IMG/VR virus record: IMGVR_UViG_3300032233_001646
Span: 1 to 41,020 of that record
Length of the DNA stretch: 41,020 nucleotides
Source of the DNA: a virus
Lineage: Duplodnaviria; Caudoviricetes
Reading direction: 5' to 3' (one strand)
Shown here: positions 19,561 through 27,579 of the stretch, piece by piece
Position numbering within the stretch: the first letter of the stretch is position 1
How the letters are laid out: every line of letters starts with the position of its first letter
The notes under the pieces: model-generated
Told to the model about the DNA's origin: nothing
The model's database searches: none
What the model saw: only the letters and a program-made list of their open reading frames with translations
Program-made: the position numbers and the translations under genes

Positions 19561-20483
19561 TATTCAGCCAACTTTGCAAAGTATGCAAGAGTGTCTGAAT
19601 CCTCATCTTCATCATAAGAAGAAGACGAAGCAGGCTTAGAAGATTTCAAGTTACTGAGTTCAGAGCGAAGATCTTCATCAAGATCCCGAACGGAACCACG
19701 AGTATCATCTTCATTCTCAACTTCAGCATCTTGACGAGCACTAGCTTTGCTACCCAGAACATACTCAAGACGCTTCTTCAGTTCATCATAAGTCTTGAAC
19801 TGATCCGCAGCAACCAGTTCAGCAAGAGAGTATTGCTTCTTCCAGACAGCTTCCAGAGCGTCATCATCATTCAGCAAAGGTCCAACAGCAGCAAACTCAC
19901 TGGAATCATAGTTACGATAACCAGCAACATTCTTTGCCTTCAGTTTGAAGTTAGCACCTTTCCAGAAGTCAAATGCTTCAATCGGGGTATCATCTTCATA
20001 CTCAGGTTGCATGGCTTCCATGATCTTATCAAAGATCTTCTTACCATACTTGAAGAGAAAGACTTTACCTTCGTTATCAGGATTTGCAGGATCCTTCACA
20101 ACATAGATGTTGCTCACATAAGTCAGCTTACGCTTCTGCTTACGAGCAATCTCTTTACCAGCATCGGTGCCGTTGTTCCAGAGTTCGGTATTGAGTTCTG
20201 AAACAGGATCCTTCTGTCCCAGAGTAGTCAGAGAGTTCTCAATATACCAACCACCAGAACCTTGGAAGGCATGGGAGTATAGTTTCACAAAAGGTAGATC
20301 TTCACCATTAGGAGCAGGGAGAAAACGAATCACGGCAAAACCATTGCCGCTCTTGTCTACATCAAGTTTCCAGATACGCTCATCGGAAGAACCACTATTA
20401 GTATTCATTTTTTCAACTTCCTTGACTAGCTTTGCGGTTAGGCTACCAAGAGAAGATTGTTTCTTAAGATCGGAAAAAGACAT
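19560..20483 (-). CDS. gp32: Single-stranded DNA-binding protein gp32
   Basis: GNGFAVIRFLPA...WYIENSLTT...KYGKKIFDKI...YRNYDSSEF; acidic C-terminal tail. Confidence 0.97.
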   Translation of the reverse strand: MSFSDLKKQSSLGSLTAKLVKEVEKMNTNSGSSDERIWKLDVDKSGNGFAVIRFLPAPNGEDLPFVKLYSHAFQGSGGWYIENSLTTLGQKDPVSELNTELWNNGTDAGKEIARKQKRKLTYVSNIYVVKDPANPDNEGKVFLFKYGKKIFDKIMEAMQPEYEDDTPIEAFDFWKGANFKLKAKNVAGYRNYDSSEFAAVGPLLNDDDALEAVWKKQYSLAELVAADQFKTYDELKKRLEYVLGSKASARQDAEVENEDDTRGSVRDLDEDLRSELSNLKSSKPASSSSYDEDEDSDTLAYFAKLAE

Positions 20484-20526
20484 TTGGATTTTTTGGGTAA
20501 ATTGGATTTGTTGGATTTACTTGGAT

Positions 20527-20555
20527 ATTATAGCAAAAATTTCCTCAATAGTCAA
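20527..20555 (-). promoter_or_regulatory. Sigma70-type promoter for gp32
   Basis: TTGACT-17 nt-TATAAT with TGn extension. Confidence 0.8.
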
Positions 20556-20877
20556 TATTGTCTTTGAGGGAGTCAATCGTTTTGCTCACACTCTCAAAAA
20601 AAGAATTCATGTCCGTATCAGGAGAAAATCCCATTAGAACAATGGAATCCTGAATACGTTTCTTTAACTCTCTTGCATCAGGATCGTCCGTCAGACAAAG
20701 ACGAGTGTACATGATCTTTTGTTTATCAAGCAGTATTTTTAATTTTTCAATATGTTCCAGTTTTTCTTCACGAGATGAAACTCCAAAATCCATTACGGTG
20801 TAATAAATTTGTTCCTGAAGATAATTAATCTCCTGAAGTTCTTCTTGAATTAATTCTGAGTCAAAAAAGTTACTCAT
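20545..20877 (-). CDS. DUF1825-like cyanobacterial/cyanophage protein
   Basis: FFDSELIQEEL...QKIMYTRLCLTDDPDA pattern. Confidence 0.65.
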   Translation of the reverse strand: MSNFFDSELIQEELQEINYLQEQIYYTVMDFGVSSREEKLEHIEKLKILLDKQKIMYTRLCLTDDPDARELKKRIQDSIVLMGFSPDTDMNSFFESVSKTIDSLKDNIDY

Positions 20878-21460
20878 TTATAATATCCTTCAAGATTTTC
20901 TTAAACTGAACCATGTCAATATTTATAAATGGTGAATATTTTTTCACCTTTAAACTTACAATTTCCCATACGGGATCCAAAAGTTTCTTATCAAAATTGT
21001 TCCCGAACAGGAAAATCTTATCCCAAATGACTAGGGTTTCTATACAAATCTTCCCGCTCAGGAATTTTTTTAAAATTGGTGGATGTTGCTTTGAAGCATC
21101 AAGAACTTCATTTAGTTTGGCTTCAGACAACATTTCTTGAGATTGTTCCTTGAAGATATAAGACAAACTCTGCTGCCTTTTCTTCCATTCTTGATAGTTG
21201 TCTTCACCAGATCTAATCATTTCACCAATCCAAAGATTGCTAGGATAATCTGTTGCAATAAAGTTTGATAGAAAAAAATCTATAATTTCTTTATCTTGCT
21301 TTTTCCTAGAAAGTCTTTCAAAGAAATACTTATCTTTGCGTTTGTTAAATGAAGTGACTGTAGCTCTGGATTTACCTCCATATTTAAAAAAGTCATATTT
21401 ACTGTTCGTAAAATGACTTTTCATTGAAAGATATTTTTGATAAGTATCAAACGGGCTCAT
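20870..21460 (-). CDS. gp59: Helicase loader gp59
   Basis: YLSMKSHFT.SKYDFFKYGGK...FNKRKDKYFFERL; lies between gp33 and gp32. Confidence 0.9.
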   Translation of the reverse strand: MSPFDTYQKYLSMKSHFTNSKYDFFKYGGKSRATVTSFNKRKDKYFFERLSRKKQDKEIIDFFLSNFIATDYPSNLWIGEMIRSGEDNYQEWKKRQQSLSYIFKEQSQEMLSEAKLNEVLDASKQHPPILKKFLSGKICIETLVIWDKIFLFGNNFDKKLLDPVWEIVSLKVKKYSPFINIDMVQFKKILKDIINE

Positions 21461-21717
21461 AAAGGAAGTTTTGCACGAGAAGTTCTTTTCATAAAGTTGA
21501 GACGGGTTGCGTCACACTTTAATCGTTCTTTAAGTGGTTTTGAAACAAGTTTCGTAACTGAGTCTACCTCAATTTTATTGATTTCGCAATAGTGACAAAT
21601 TGCATCAATGTAATTCATCTTCTCTTCACAAACAATTTTTTCTATTTCTAGAGAAAACTTTGCTGGAGTAAGAAATTTACTTTCTATAACTTGTTCTAAT
21701 TCTTTATCCTTTTCCAT
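21457..21717 (-). CDS. gp33: Late transcription coactivator gp33
   Basis: Start re-called at MEKDKEL. FSLEIEKIV...NYIDAICHYCE...KPLKERLKCDA..LNF. Confidence 0.88.
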   Translation of the reverse strand: MEKDKELEQVIESKFLTPAKFSLEIEKIVCEEKMNYIDAICHYCEINKIEVDSVTKLVSKPLKERLKCDATRLNFMKRTSRAKLPL

Positions 21718-22387
21718 ATGAGTTAAGTTTATCTCTAACAAACTCTCTAATATATTCGGTGAGAAGTTTGATGTACTTTGATTTGTCGTATTCTTCATAA
21801 ACAACACATTCTCCATTTTCACAAGACATAATGATAACAAATTTTTTAACAGGAATACCTGTTAATTCAAATAGCATACACGCATAAGCAGCACATTGAA
21901 CAAAATAATGTTCAATCCAAGCTTTTGGTTTTGGTTTTTTAGAAGTCTTAAAGTCAATGATGGCTAGTTCACCATCATACTCGGCAATACAATCTACAGT
22001 TCCGGCAATGCCAAGTTGTTTACTATATAGGGAACTTTCCAGAGCATGAATATTATTTATCTTATTCAGTTCTGGCTTTGATATTTGAAATAGTATTTCT
22101 GAAATTGGAAGAACATCAGAAGTGCAATCAAGATTTTTGAGATAGAATTCTGTAAGAGTATGAGTATCAGTTCCACGACTGGTTGCCTGCCTCGTGATTT
22201 TGTTTGCCTCCTCTTCTCCAACTTTTTTTCTCCATTTTGCAAAAAAATCACGATTCTTATGGCTGGTTACTGACGTAATAGAAACCAGCCTCAGAAGTTC
22301 TTCATTATTAGGAACTTTATAATAACGAACACCATCTATAGTCTCCCTCTCAAGTTGAGGAAGGTTCAATTCAACATGATTAAACAT
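21704..22387 (-). CDS. PD-(D/E)XK exonuclease (Cas4-like phage exonuclease)
   Basis: SITSV, RGTDTH, AGTVDCIAEYDGELAIIDFKTS, YFVQCAAYA. Confidence 0.88.
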   Translation of the reverse strand: MFNHVELNLPQLERETIDGVRYYKVPNNEELLRLVSITSVTSHKNRDFFAKWRKKVGEEEANKITRQATSRGTDTHTLTEFYLKNLDCTSDVLPISEILFQISKPELNKINNIHALESSLYSKQLGIAGTVDCIAEYDGELAIIDFKTSKKPKPKAWIEHYFVQCAAYACMLFELTGIPVKKFVIIMSCENGECVVYEEYDKSKYIKLLTEYIREFVRDKLNSYGKG

Positions 22388-23148
22388 TAAAAACCTGCTT
22401 CAATTTTTGCTAAGATGTACTCTTTGACAATTCCAGAACGAACAATATCGTTTACACTAAACTCAACCGTATCAAAGGATGGCATAGACTTAAGAATTTT
22501 CATAAATTCAAGGATTCCACTACGATCATTTGCTTTCTGTAAGTCTGATTGAGTTGCATCCCCACAGAACATGATCTTACTGTTTTCACCTACACGAGTC
22601 ATTATACTATCTAATTCGTGAAATGTCAAATTCTGGAATTCGTCTACAATAATTACAGCATTATCAAGAGTGGTTCCACGAAGAAATGAAGTGCTCCAGA
22701 ATTTAATGGTTTCTTGCGACTTAAGATTTCCATAAAGCATCTCAAAGTCAGCATCTGATGGCATCTGGAACATGTACTTTACCATATTCTTATAAGGAAT
22801 TTGGTAAATATCTGCTTTATCATCATGACTACCAGGAAGAAAACCAATTTCTCTGGTTGCTACAAGAGAGCGAACAATGTAAACCTTTTCTACTGGAGTT
22901 TGTTCGTTTAGAACCTCACGAATTGCATTATAAAGTGTGATGAATGTCTTACCAGTACCAGCACATCCATATGCAACAAGATGCTTACCCAGAGAGTAAG
23001 CATCAAATAGTTTTTTTTGGTTGTCAGTTAAAGGTTCAATATCAACAAGATAATCTGCACTAATTGGTTTTTTTCTTTTCATTTGTTTGGCTGTGATGCC
23101 AATACCAATTGATTGGTTTTCCTGAGAAGCTCTTCTTCTTCTTGACAT
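22387..23148 (-). CDS. phoH: PhoH-like ATPase
   Basis: GCAGTGKT, REIGFLPG, FLRGTTLD, IIVDEFQN, TRVGENSK, GDATQSD. Confidence 0.96.
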   Translation of the reverse strand: MSRRRRASQENQSIGIGITAKQMKRKKPISADYLVDIEPLTDNQKKLFDAYSLGKHLVAYGCAGTGKTFITLYNAIREVLNEQTPVEKVYIVRSLVATREIGFLPGSHDDKADIYQIPYKNMVKYMFQMPSDADFEMLYGNLKSQETIKFWSTSFLRGTTLDNAVIIVDEFQNLTFHELDSIMTRVGENSKIMFCGDATQSDLQKANDRSGILEFMKILKSMPSFDTVEFSVNDIVRSGIVKEYILAKIEAGF

Positions 23149-23160
23149 TGTTATTTTGTG

Positions 23161-23403
23161 TTAGATTTTTTTTACTCTTGAACCGGGCATTTTTTGAGCA
23201 CGACCCAATACATCGTTCCATCCAGGATTTTTGGAGATGAGTTTATCTTTCCACTCACCAACTTCTCCTGGACTTGCGGATCCTTGGCTCCAATCTCGTT
23301 TCCATTCGGGATTGTCCTGATACCATTGTGTGATATCGTGAACACTCATTTCAATCACTTTAGTCTCACCAGTTTCTTTATGAATAAGAGGATAAATTGC
23401 CAT
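23161..23403 (-). CDS. Conserved small phage protein (FmdB-like, Cys-less)
   Basis: MAIYPLIHKETGE...GWNDVL...PGS; CATAAATA late promoter at about 23426-23433. Confidence 0.6.
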   Translation of the reverse strand: MAIYPLIHKETGETKVIEMSVHDITQWYQDNPEWKRDWSQGSASPGEVGEWKDKLISKNPGWNDVLGRAQKMPGSRVKKI

Positions 23404-23428
23404 TGTTTATAATAATTTACAAAAATAT

Positions 23429-24184
23429 TTATGGACTCAAACGTGCTCGATGAAGTCTCTTCTCTTCATAATAATGAAAAACTTCTGGAACCCATGCTTT
23501 GATTACAGGAACCATGCCTTCACAAAGTGCCTGAATTTCTACCTGGGCATCAAGCTTTGCTCTAAGATCCAGGAAGTGAAGTGCAGCACGAAGTGAGAAA
23601 GAAACTACAAAGTTCTGACGAATGTTCTGAGGAAGATAATCACGCAGATGCTCCTCAGCCATACCACGCTTCTCAAATGCCTCTGTGTACCGCTCAGAAG
23701 CCGCTAGACAGAACTTTAGCTGTCTTTCGTAGTCTTCCTGTGTCCACTCGTATTTGTGCCCTTTACGATCAAGGTAGAGTCCAGGAGGACGCACATAATA
23801 AACCTCTTCGGGTTTCAGATCACCCTTAGCAACTTTGAGCACACGGCGTCCAGTATAACGCTGAGATTGAACATCAAATGATACTCCAACACGATGAGTT
23901 CGTGCCTGAACCATTACATTATGAACAAACCCAACACAATCCAAAGAAATCGCAGGATGCTCCAATGGACCCCAGTGTCCACGTTCGTTTGCAAGTAGCT
24001 GCTCAATAACCCATTTTCCACATTCCGTTTCATTCGGAGTGAGTTTCGTATGAATGGGTTCCTCAGAGTAATCATTTTTTCCTGCTTGGTAAATGAGTGT
24101 CTGTGGAAGTTGTGTCTGCCGAAGCATCACAACTTTCATATTGTTATCTAGTTCTAAAAGATCTTTTGCTTTAATTGGTTTCAT
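23429..24184 (-). CDS. thyX: Flavin-dependent thymidylate synthase ThyX
   Basis: GHWGPLEH, QARTHRVGVSFDVQSQRY, LRAALHFLDLR, AQVEIQ. Start re-called at MKPIK (overlaps the upstream stop). Confidence 0.95.
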   Translation of the reverse strand: MKPIKAKDLLELDNNMKVVMLRQTQLPQTLIYQAGKNDYSEEPIHTKLTPNETECGKWVIEQLLANERGHWGPLEHPAISLDCVGFVHNVMVQARTHRVGVSFDVQSQRYTGRRVLKVAKGDLKPEEVYYVRPPGLYLDRKGHKYEWTQEDYERQLKFCLAASERYTEAFEKRGMAEEHLRDYLPQNIRQNFVVSFSLRAALHFLDLRAKLDAQVEIQALCEGMVPVIKAWVPEVFHYYEEKRLHRARLSP

Positions 24185-24369
24185 ACTTCTTCCCATTCAT
24201 CCTTTTCAACTTTACGGAGTTTTTTGAGTTCCTTGTAAGTGAGTTTAATTTCTTGATATGCTTGTTCTGGTGTGATTTTTCCAGTGATTTCCATTCCTGC
24301 TATAAGGGCACAAGAATCACCAAAACGAGCAAGTGCTCTTTCATATGCAGTTAAATTTTCATAAACCAT
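24181..24369 (-). CDS. Hypothetical protein (62 aa)
   Basis: ORF with GGAG SD, coupled to thyX. Confidence 0.7.
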   Translation of the reverse strand: MVYENLTAYERALARFGDSCALIAGMEITGKITPEQAYQEIKLTYKELKKLRKVEKDEWEEV

Positions 24370-24383
24370 TTTTCGTTCTCCGA

Positions 24384-24536
24384 TTAATCATCTTCAAATA
24401 CTTCGTCATAATCTCCAACATATGGAGAAATATCATCATAGTTATATGCCTTTGGATCTGAATAAATTTCTTCCTTCAGACTATCCACAAGAAGTTCCAA
24501 ATTACGAACAATTAATTTTAATTTGTCTTTGTTCAT
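24384..24536 (-). CDS. Small acidic hypothetical protein (50 aa, not in ORF track)
   Basis: MNKDKLKLIVRNLELLVDSLKEEIYSDPKAYNYDDISPYVGDYDEVFEDD; GAGGT upstream. Confidence 0.75.
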   Translation of the reverse strand: MNKDKLKLIVRNLELLVDSLKEEIYSDPKAYNYDDISPYVGDYDEVFEDD

Positions 24537-24556
24537 ACCTCTATGATGTTTTTACT

Positions 24557-24585
24557 ATTTTACACAAAAAAGGGGAGAGCGTCAA
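24557..24585 (-). promoter_or_regulatory. Sigma70 promoter embedded in a terminator
   Basis: TTGACG-17 nt-TAAAAT; the -35 forms the terminator loop. Confidence 0.7.
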
Positions 24586-24596
24586 GCCCTCCCCTT
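24566..24596 (-). terminator. Intrinsic terminator after the 26-aa peptide
   Basis: AGGGGAGGGC TTGAC GCTCTCCCCT TTTTT. Confidence 0.85.
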
Positions 24597-24600
24597 AATA

Positions 24601-24681
24601 TCATCGCATTGCCATATGAAGTTGTGCTTCTTTAAGGCGTCTTTCTTTGAGGATTTTTTCTTTAATTAAAATGAGTGCCAT
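24601..24681 (-). CDS. Riboswitch-controlled 26-aa basic peptide
   Basis: MALILIKEKILKERRLKEAQLHMAMR; AAGGAG SD; bounded by the riboswitch and the terminator. Confidence 0.7.
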   Translation of the reverse strand: MALILIKEKILKERRLKEAQLHMAMR

Positions 24682-24712
24682 TAGATTGCTCCTTTACTTT
24701 GTGGGTATTGGT

Positions 24713-24767
24713 GCGTTCCTTCGGTATCCCTACTTCCGTTTGCTATTCGCAAATAGCAAATGAACGT
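24713..24767 (-). ncRNA. Class I glutamine riboswitch (glnA motif)
   Basis: CGTTCA TTTGCTATT tgcg AATAGCAAA CGGAAGTA GG gata CC GAAGGAACGC: P1 CGTTC/GAACG, 9-bp P2, E-loop AGUA/GAA plus P3. Confidence 0.88.
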
Positions 24768-24772
24768 TCGAT

Positions 24773-24779
24773 TATTTAG
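24773..24779 (-). promoter_or_regulatory. Late-type promoter CTAAATA just 5' of the riboswitch
   Basis: Same heptamer as before the structural genes; about 6 nt before P1. Confidence 0.6.
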
Positions 24780-24790
24780 TCAATTAATTC

Positions 24791-24806
24791 TGTAACAAAT
24801 GATACA
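24791..24806. promoter_or_regulatory. NtcA-binding site
   Basis: TGTAACAAATGATACA equals the full tGTA-N8-TACa consensus; intergenic and AT-flanked. Confidence 0.75.
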
Positions 24807-24808
24807 GT

Positions 24809-25522
24809 TTAGTACTTTTCCAAACAATAAACACCATTCTTTTCTGTAATCGCAGAGCACGTATCAACGAAATCTCCACAGCACATATAAGTCATCTTAC
24901 CAAACTGACGAATGTTTGCGTGATGAATGTGCCCGCAGATGATACCATCATACTTCTTATCTTGCTGAACGCAATATCCAGCAATATCATTCTCATACTT
25001 ATCAATGTATCCTTTACCCTTTACACTGTTCTTAAGAAAATGAACAAGAGAGAATCTAAAGAAACGGTTCAACCAAAGACTTAAGGGTGTGATAAACTCA
25101 TAACCCCAATTAAACATTAGTTGCTTCCAAGAACCAGAAGAATATTCGGAGTGTCTATCTCCGTGAGTGCAGAGATACTTATTACCTCGATTATCCTTAT
25201 GAACATACTCATCGCACATTATAAAGTTCTTGTGCTCAAAGGTGCAATACCTTCGCAGTGCTCCTTCGTGATTACCAAGAATATAAACAACTTCCGTGCC
25301 TTTCTTACACAAATCCAAAAGTGCATGAACACATTCAGTATGCTCACGCTTCCATCTGGTATTGTATTTCTCCATACAATAGATGTCGATGATGTCTCCC
25401 ACCATCACAAGTTTTTTAGTTTTCAAATTTTTAATAAATTTGAGAAACTTTTCAGTATTACACCTATCAGTTCCTAAATGAACATCAGAAATAAAAACAG
25501 TATCAAATTGGATCTTGTTCAT
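24809..25522 (-). CDS. Calcineurin-like metallophosphoesterase (LpxH-like UDP-2,3-diacylglucosamine hydrolase family)
   Basis: FISDVHLG, GDIID, ILGNHE, THGD, ICGHIH, GDFVD. Confidence 0.85.
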   Translation of the reverse strand: MNKIQFDTVFISDVHLGTDRCNTEKFLKFIKNLKTKKLVMVGDIIDIYCMEKYNTRWKREHTECVHALLDLCKKGTEVVYILGNHEGALRRYCTFEHKNFIMCDEYVHKDNRGNKYLCTHGDRHSEYSSGSWKQLMFNWGYEFITPLSLWLNRFFRFSLVHFLKNSVKGKGYIDKYENDIAGYCVQQDKKYDGIICGHIHHANIRQFGKMTYMCCGDFVDTCSAITEKNGVYCLEKY

Positions 25523-25712
25523 TTTCCTTGATTAGATTACTTACAAGCTTTTCTGTCCCATCCATTACTTTAACTTGATATAAGGGTGACTTCATATACT
25601 TTTTGATATTCTTATATTTTTTCATAAGTTTATCAAGTTCATTATCGTCAATAAGGACACCTGCCTTACCCAATTTTCTTTGATCTAAATTTACACTAAA
25701 TCCTTGTTTCAT
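25503..25712 (-). CDS. Hypothetical protein
   Basis: 69-aa ORF overlapping both neighbours in the operon. Confidence 0.6.
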   Translation of the reverse strand: MKQGFSVNLDQRKLGKAGVLIDDNELDKLMKKYKNIKKYMKSPLYQVKVMDGTEKLVSNLIKENEQDPI

Positions 25713-26086
25713 TTTCTTTTCTTTGGCTTAGGTGGTTCATATCCCCAGAGTTTAGGACTTATGGTACCATTACCCCAAACAATTGATTTAATATTATTAC
25801 CAAATTTATCATAGTACATATCAAAAATACGAACCATTTTTCCACCACTTCTGGTTAAATCATGACAAAGTTTTCCATTTACCCAATAGGAAACAATATA
25901 AGCATCCTTTGGAGCCTCTTTTGTTTTTGCCTCTTGTAGAGAGCAGTTTTGCTTTAAGATTTCACATCCATAAAGACTTTTAACAGAATCTTTTTCTTCT
26001 GATGTCCAGATATCTGAACTTGGTACTTTATCTGATGCCTTTTCCTTTTCTGAGGACATCTGTTCTTCTGTGATATTTTTACTCAT
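25709..26086 (-). CDS. Conserved cyanophage-type hypothetical protein
   Basis: IFDMYYDKFG...GTISPKLWG; operon context. Confidence 0.7.
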   Translation of the reverse strand: MSKNITEEQMSSEKEKASDKVPSSDIWTSEEKDSVKSLYGCEILKQNCSLQEAKTKEAPKDAYIVSYWVNGKLCHDLTRSGGKMVRIFDMYYDKFGNNIKSIVWGNGTISPKLWGYEPPKPKKRK

Positions 26087-26109
26087 TTTATAATTCTCAT
26101 CAAGTATAA

Positions 26110-26733
26110 TTAATTTCTATTGCCCCAAGTAATATCAGGATATGCTTGAGAGACAACTTCCTTACTAATTTTATATTTTGTTTCCAATTGCTTATCTTTA
26201 GTCAAGCAAACAATCTCAGCTTCTAGGGGATGAAGTCCTTCTAGAATATTAATAAACATACTTTCTCTACGAATAGAATTCAAAGTATCATTTCCACCTT
26301 TCAGAAAATGATAGAAGTGCTTGTATTCCCTACGAATTGATGTGTGTCCTGCTTTAGCAGCTTCGGCACTTCCCATTGAAAATGAATCAGTTTCATGCAT
26401 TTTACGAATTTCTTCAGTAATCTTATCAGAAAGAGAACCATTATAAGTATTTTGTTCAGCATATCCAGAATATGGAACTGCACCTTCGGGAAGAACAGAG
26501 ATAATACTATCATCAAAATTCCAAATAAAGATTGCCTTCAAAGAAGGATGTTCATACTTTTGAAGAACTTCAACCTTTTTATCGTTTGTTTTGACTCGGG
26601 AAACCAAATCAAATACTTCAAAGGCAAAAGGATTTGCAGGTAAATCTAATGAAATTGGTGTCTCAACAACCTTTTTTGTTCTAGCTCTTGTAGTCTTTGG
26701 CTTTGTTGGAGCCGTTTTTTCTGCAATAGTCAT
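26110..26733 (-). CDS. Conserved T4-like hypothetical protein (DUF6433-like)
   Basis: IWNFDD...LPEGAVPY...RRESMFINILEGLHPLEAEIV. Confidence 0.7.
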   Translation of the reverse strand: MTIAEKTAPTKPKTTRARTKKVVETPISLDLPANPFAFEVFDLVSRVKTNDKKVEVLQKYEHPSLKAIFIWNFDDSIISVLPEGAVPYSGYAEQNTYNGSLSDKITEEIRKMHETDSFSMGSAEAAKAGHTSIRREYKHFYHFLKGGNDTLNSIRRESMFINILEGLHPLEAEIVCLTKDKQLETKYKISKEVVSQAYPDITWGNRN

Positions 26734-26759
26734 AAAATTTAATCAACCTATAGTAAGTT

Positions 26760-27005
26760 TTAATCTTCGTCTTCATCATCCTCAAAGTCTTCATCTAAAA
26801 AATTAACTGGATCAAAACGAACTGAAACAATCTCTTGATCAATGAATCTTCCATCTGAATCATAAAACTCAGGATGATATTGATGCCCCTGGGCAATTTC
26901 TTTATAATTCATCATGTATTCTCTAGCAACCCATCCAATAACTATTCCGATTATAAAAAATAAAACGGTTAGAAATGAACCTAATACTAGACTTGTTGCT
27001 AACAT
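26760..27005 (-). CDS. Small membrane protein with acidic tail
   Basis: N-terminal TM helix, HPEFYDSDG motif; GGAG SD. Confidence 0.7.
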   Translation of the reverse strand: MLATSLVLGSFLTVLFFIIGIVIGWVAREYMMNYKEIAQGHQYHPEFYDSDGRFIDQEIVSVRFDPVNFLDEDFEDDEDED

Positions 27006-27023
27006 TTGTTTACTCCTGGGAAA

Positions 27024-27209
27024 CTACTTTCTCTTTATATCTAAAGAAAATTCAAAGTAGATGGTTACTTCCCTTTTAAGAAAGCAGAGCACCTTTTGAT
27101 ATACTGTGTATATTGCATTGGGTTGCTTTCGTTTTCCTCCATGTAGCATTAATTCAAAACCACGGTTCACCCCATGGTTGCTACTATTATTTAGGTTATT
27201 ATCCTGCAA
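27024..27209 (-). CDS. Hypothetical protein
   Basis: 61-aa ORF overlapping the glutaredoxin stop. Confidence 0.55.
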   Translation of the reverse strand: MQDNNLNNSSNHGVNRGFELMLHGGKRKQPNAIYTVYQKVLCFLKREVTIYFEFSLDIKRK

Positions 27210-27438
27210 TTTGTTTTTCTTTTAGAAAGTTAATTGTATCTACACAGCCACCCAATTTTTTGTCGTCACAAAGAACTTGAGGAAAAGTAGAACCTTCACC
27301 AAATTCTGAAATAAATTCTTCTCGGGTAAAATCTGTTCCTAAATTATACACCACAAAGCTACTTCCAGTCAACTCCAATACCTGCTTTACTTTGTAGCAA
27401 TATGGACAATCATTTTTTGAATAAATTGTAAAATTCAT
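27199..27438 (-). CDS. nrdC: Glutaredoxin
   Basis: CPYC, TFPQV, LGGC motifs. Confidence 0.92.
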   Translation of the reverse strand: MNFTIYSKNDCPYCYKVKQVLELTGSSFVVYNLGTDFTREEFISEFGEGSTFPQVLCDDKKLGGCVDTINFLKEKQIAG

Positions 27439-27471
27439 AGTTTACTAATTGTTTAATATAATTTATAAAAG

Positions 27472-27498
27472 AAAAAAGGGGAGAAAAATCTCCCCTTC
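27472..27498 (-). terminator. Intrinsic terminator ending the candidate sRNA
   Basis: GAAGGGGAGA TTTT TCTCCCCTTT TTT. Confidence 0.85.
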
Positions 27499-27574
27499 AT
27501 ATACCACCAACTCACCTTTCCGCACCACCGGAAAGGGTCTTGGAATCTCAAAGTTACAAAGATCTCTCAAGACA
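27472..27574 (-). ncRNA. Candidate stand-alone three-hairpin sRNA (about 100 nt)
   Basis: Lies between a consensus promoter and a terminator. Stems GTCTTG/CAAGAC and CCTTTCCG-GTGGTG-CGGAAAGG; no translatable ORF downstream of the predicted start site. Confidence 0.65.
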
Positions 27575-27579
27575 TTCAT

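Noticed and set aside
19731-20637. Plus-strand 156-aa ORFs opposite gp32, and other short antisense ORFs in the track
   Set aside because: Antisense to well-supported genes, with no motifs or translation signals.
21718-21840. N-terminal extension of gp33 in the ORF track
   Set aside because: It overlaps the exonuclease gene extensively; gp33-like sequence begins at the ATG at 21717.
21704-22387. Cas4 as evidence of a CRISPR-Cas system
   Set aside because: This is the ordinary T4-like cyanophage exonuclease beside phoH; no cas genes or array are present.
22387-24184. phoH and thyX as novel auxiliary genes
   Set aside because: Near-universal in T4-like cyanophages.
27463-27579. 38-codon ORF MNVLRDLCNFEIPRPF... 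across the sRNA
   Set aside because: Its ATG directly abuts the -10 box (upstream of the predicted start site), it has no SD, and it runs through the terminator.
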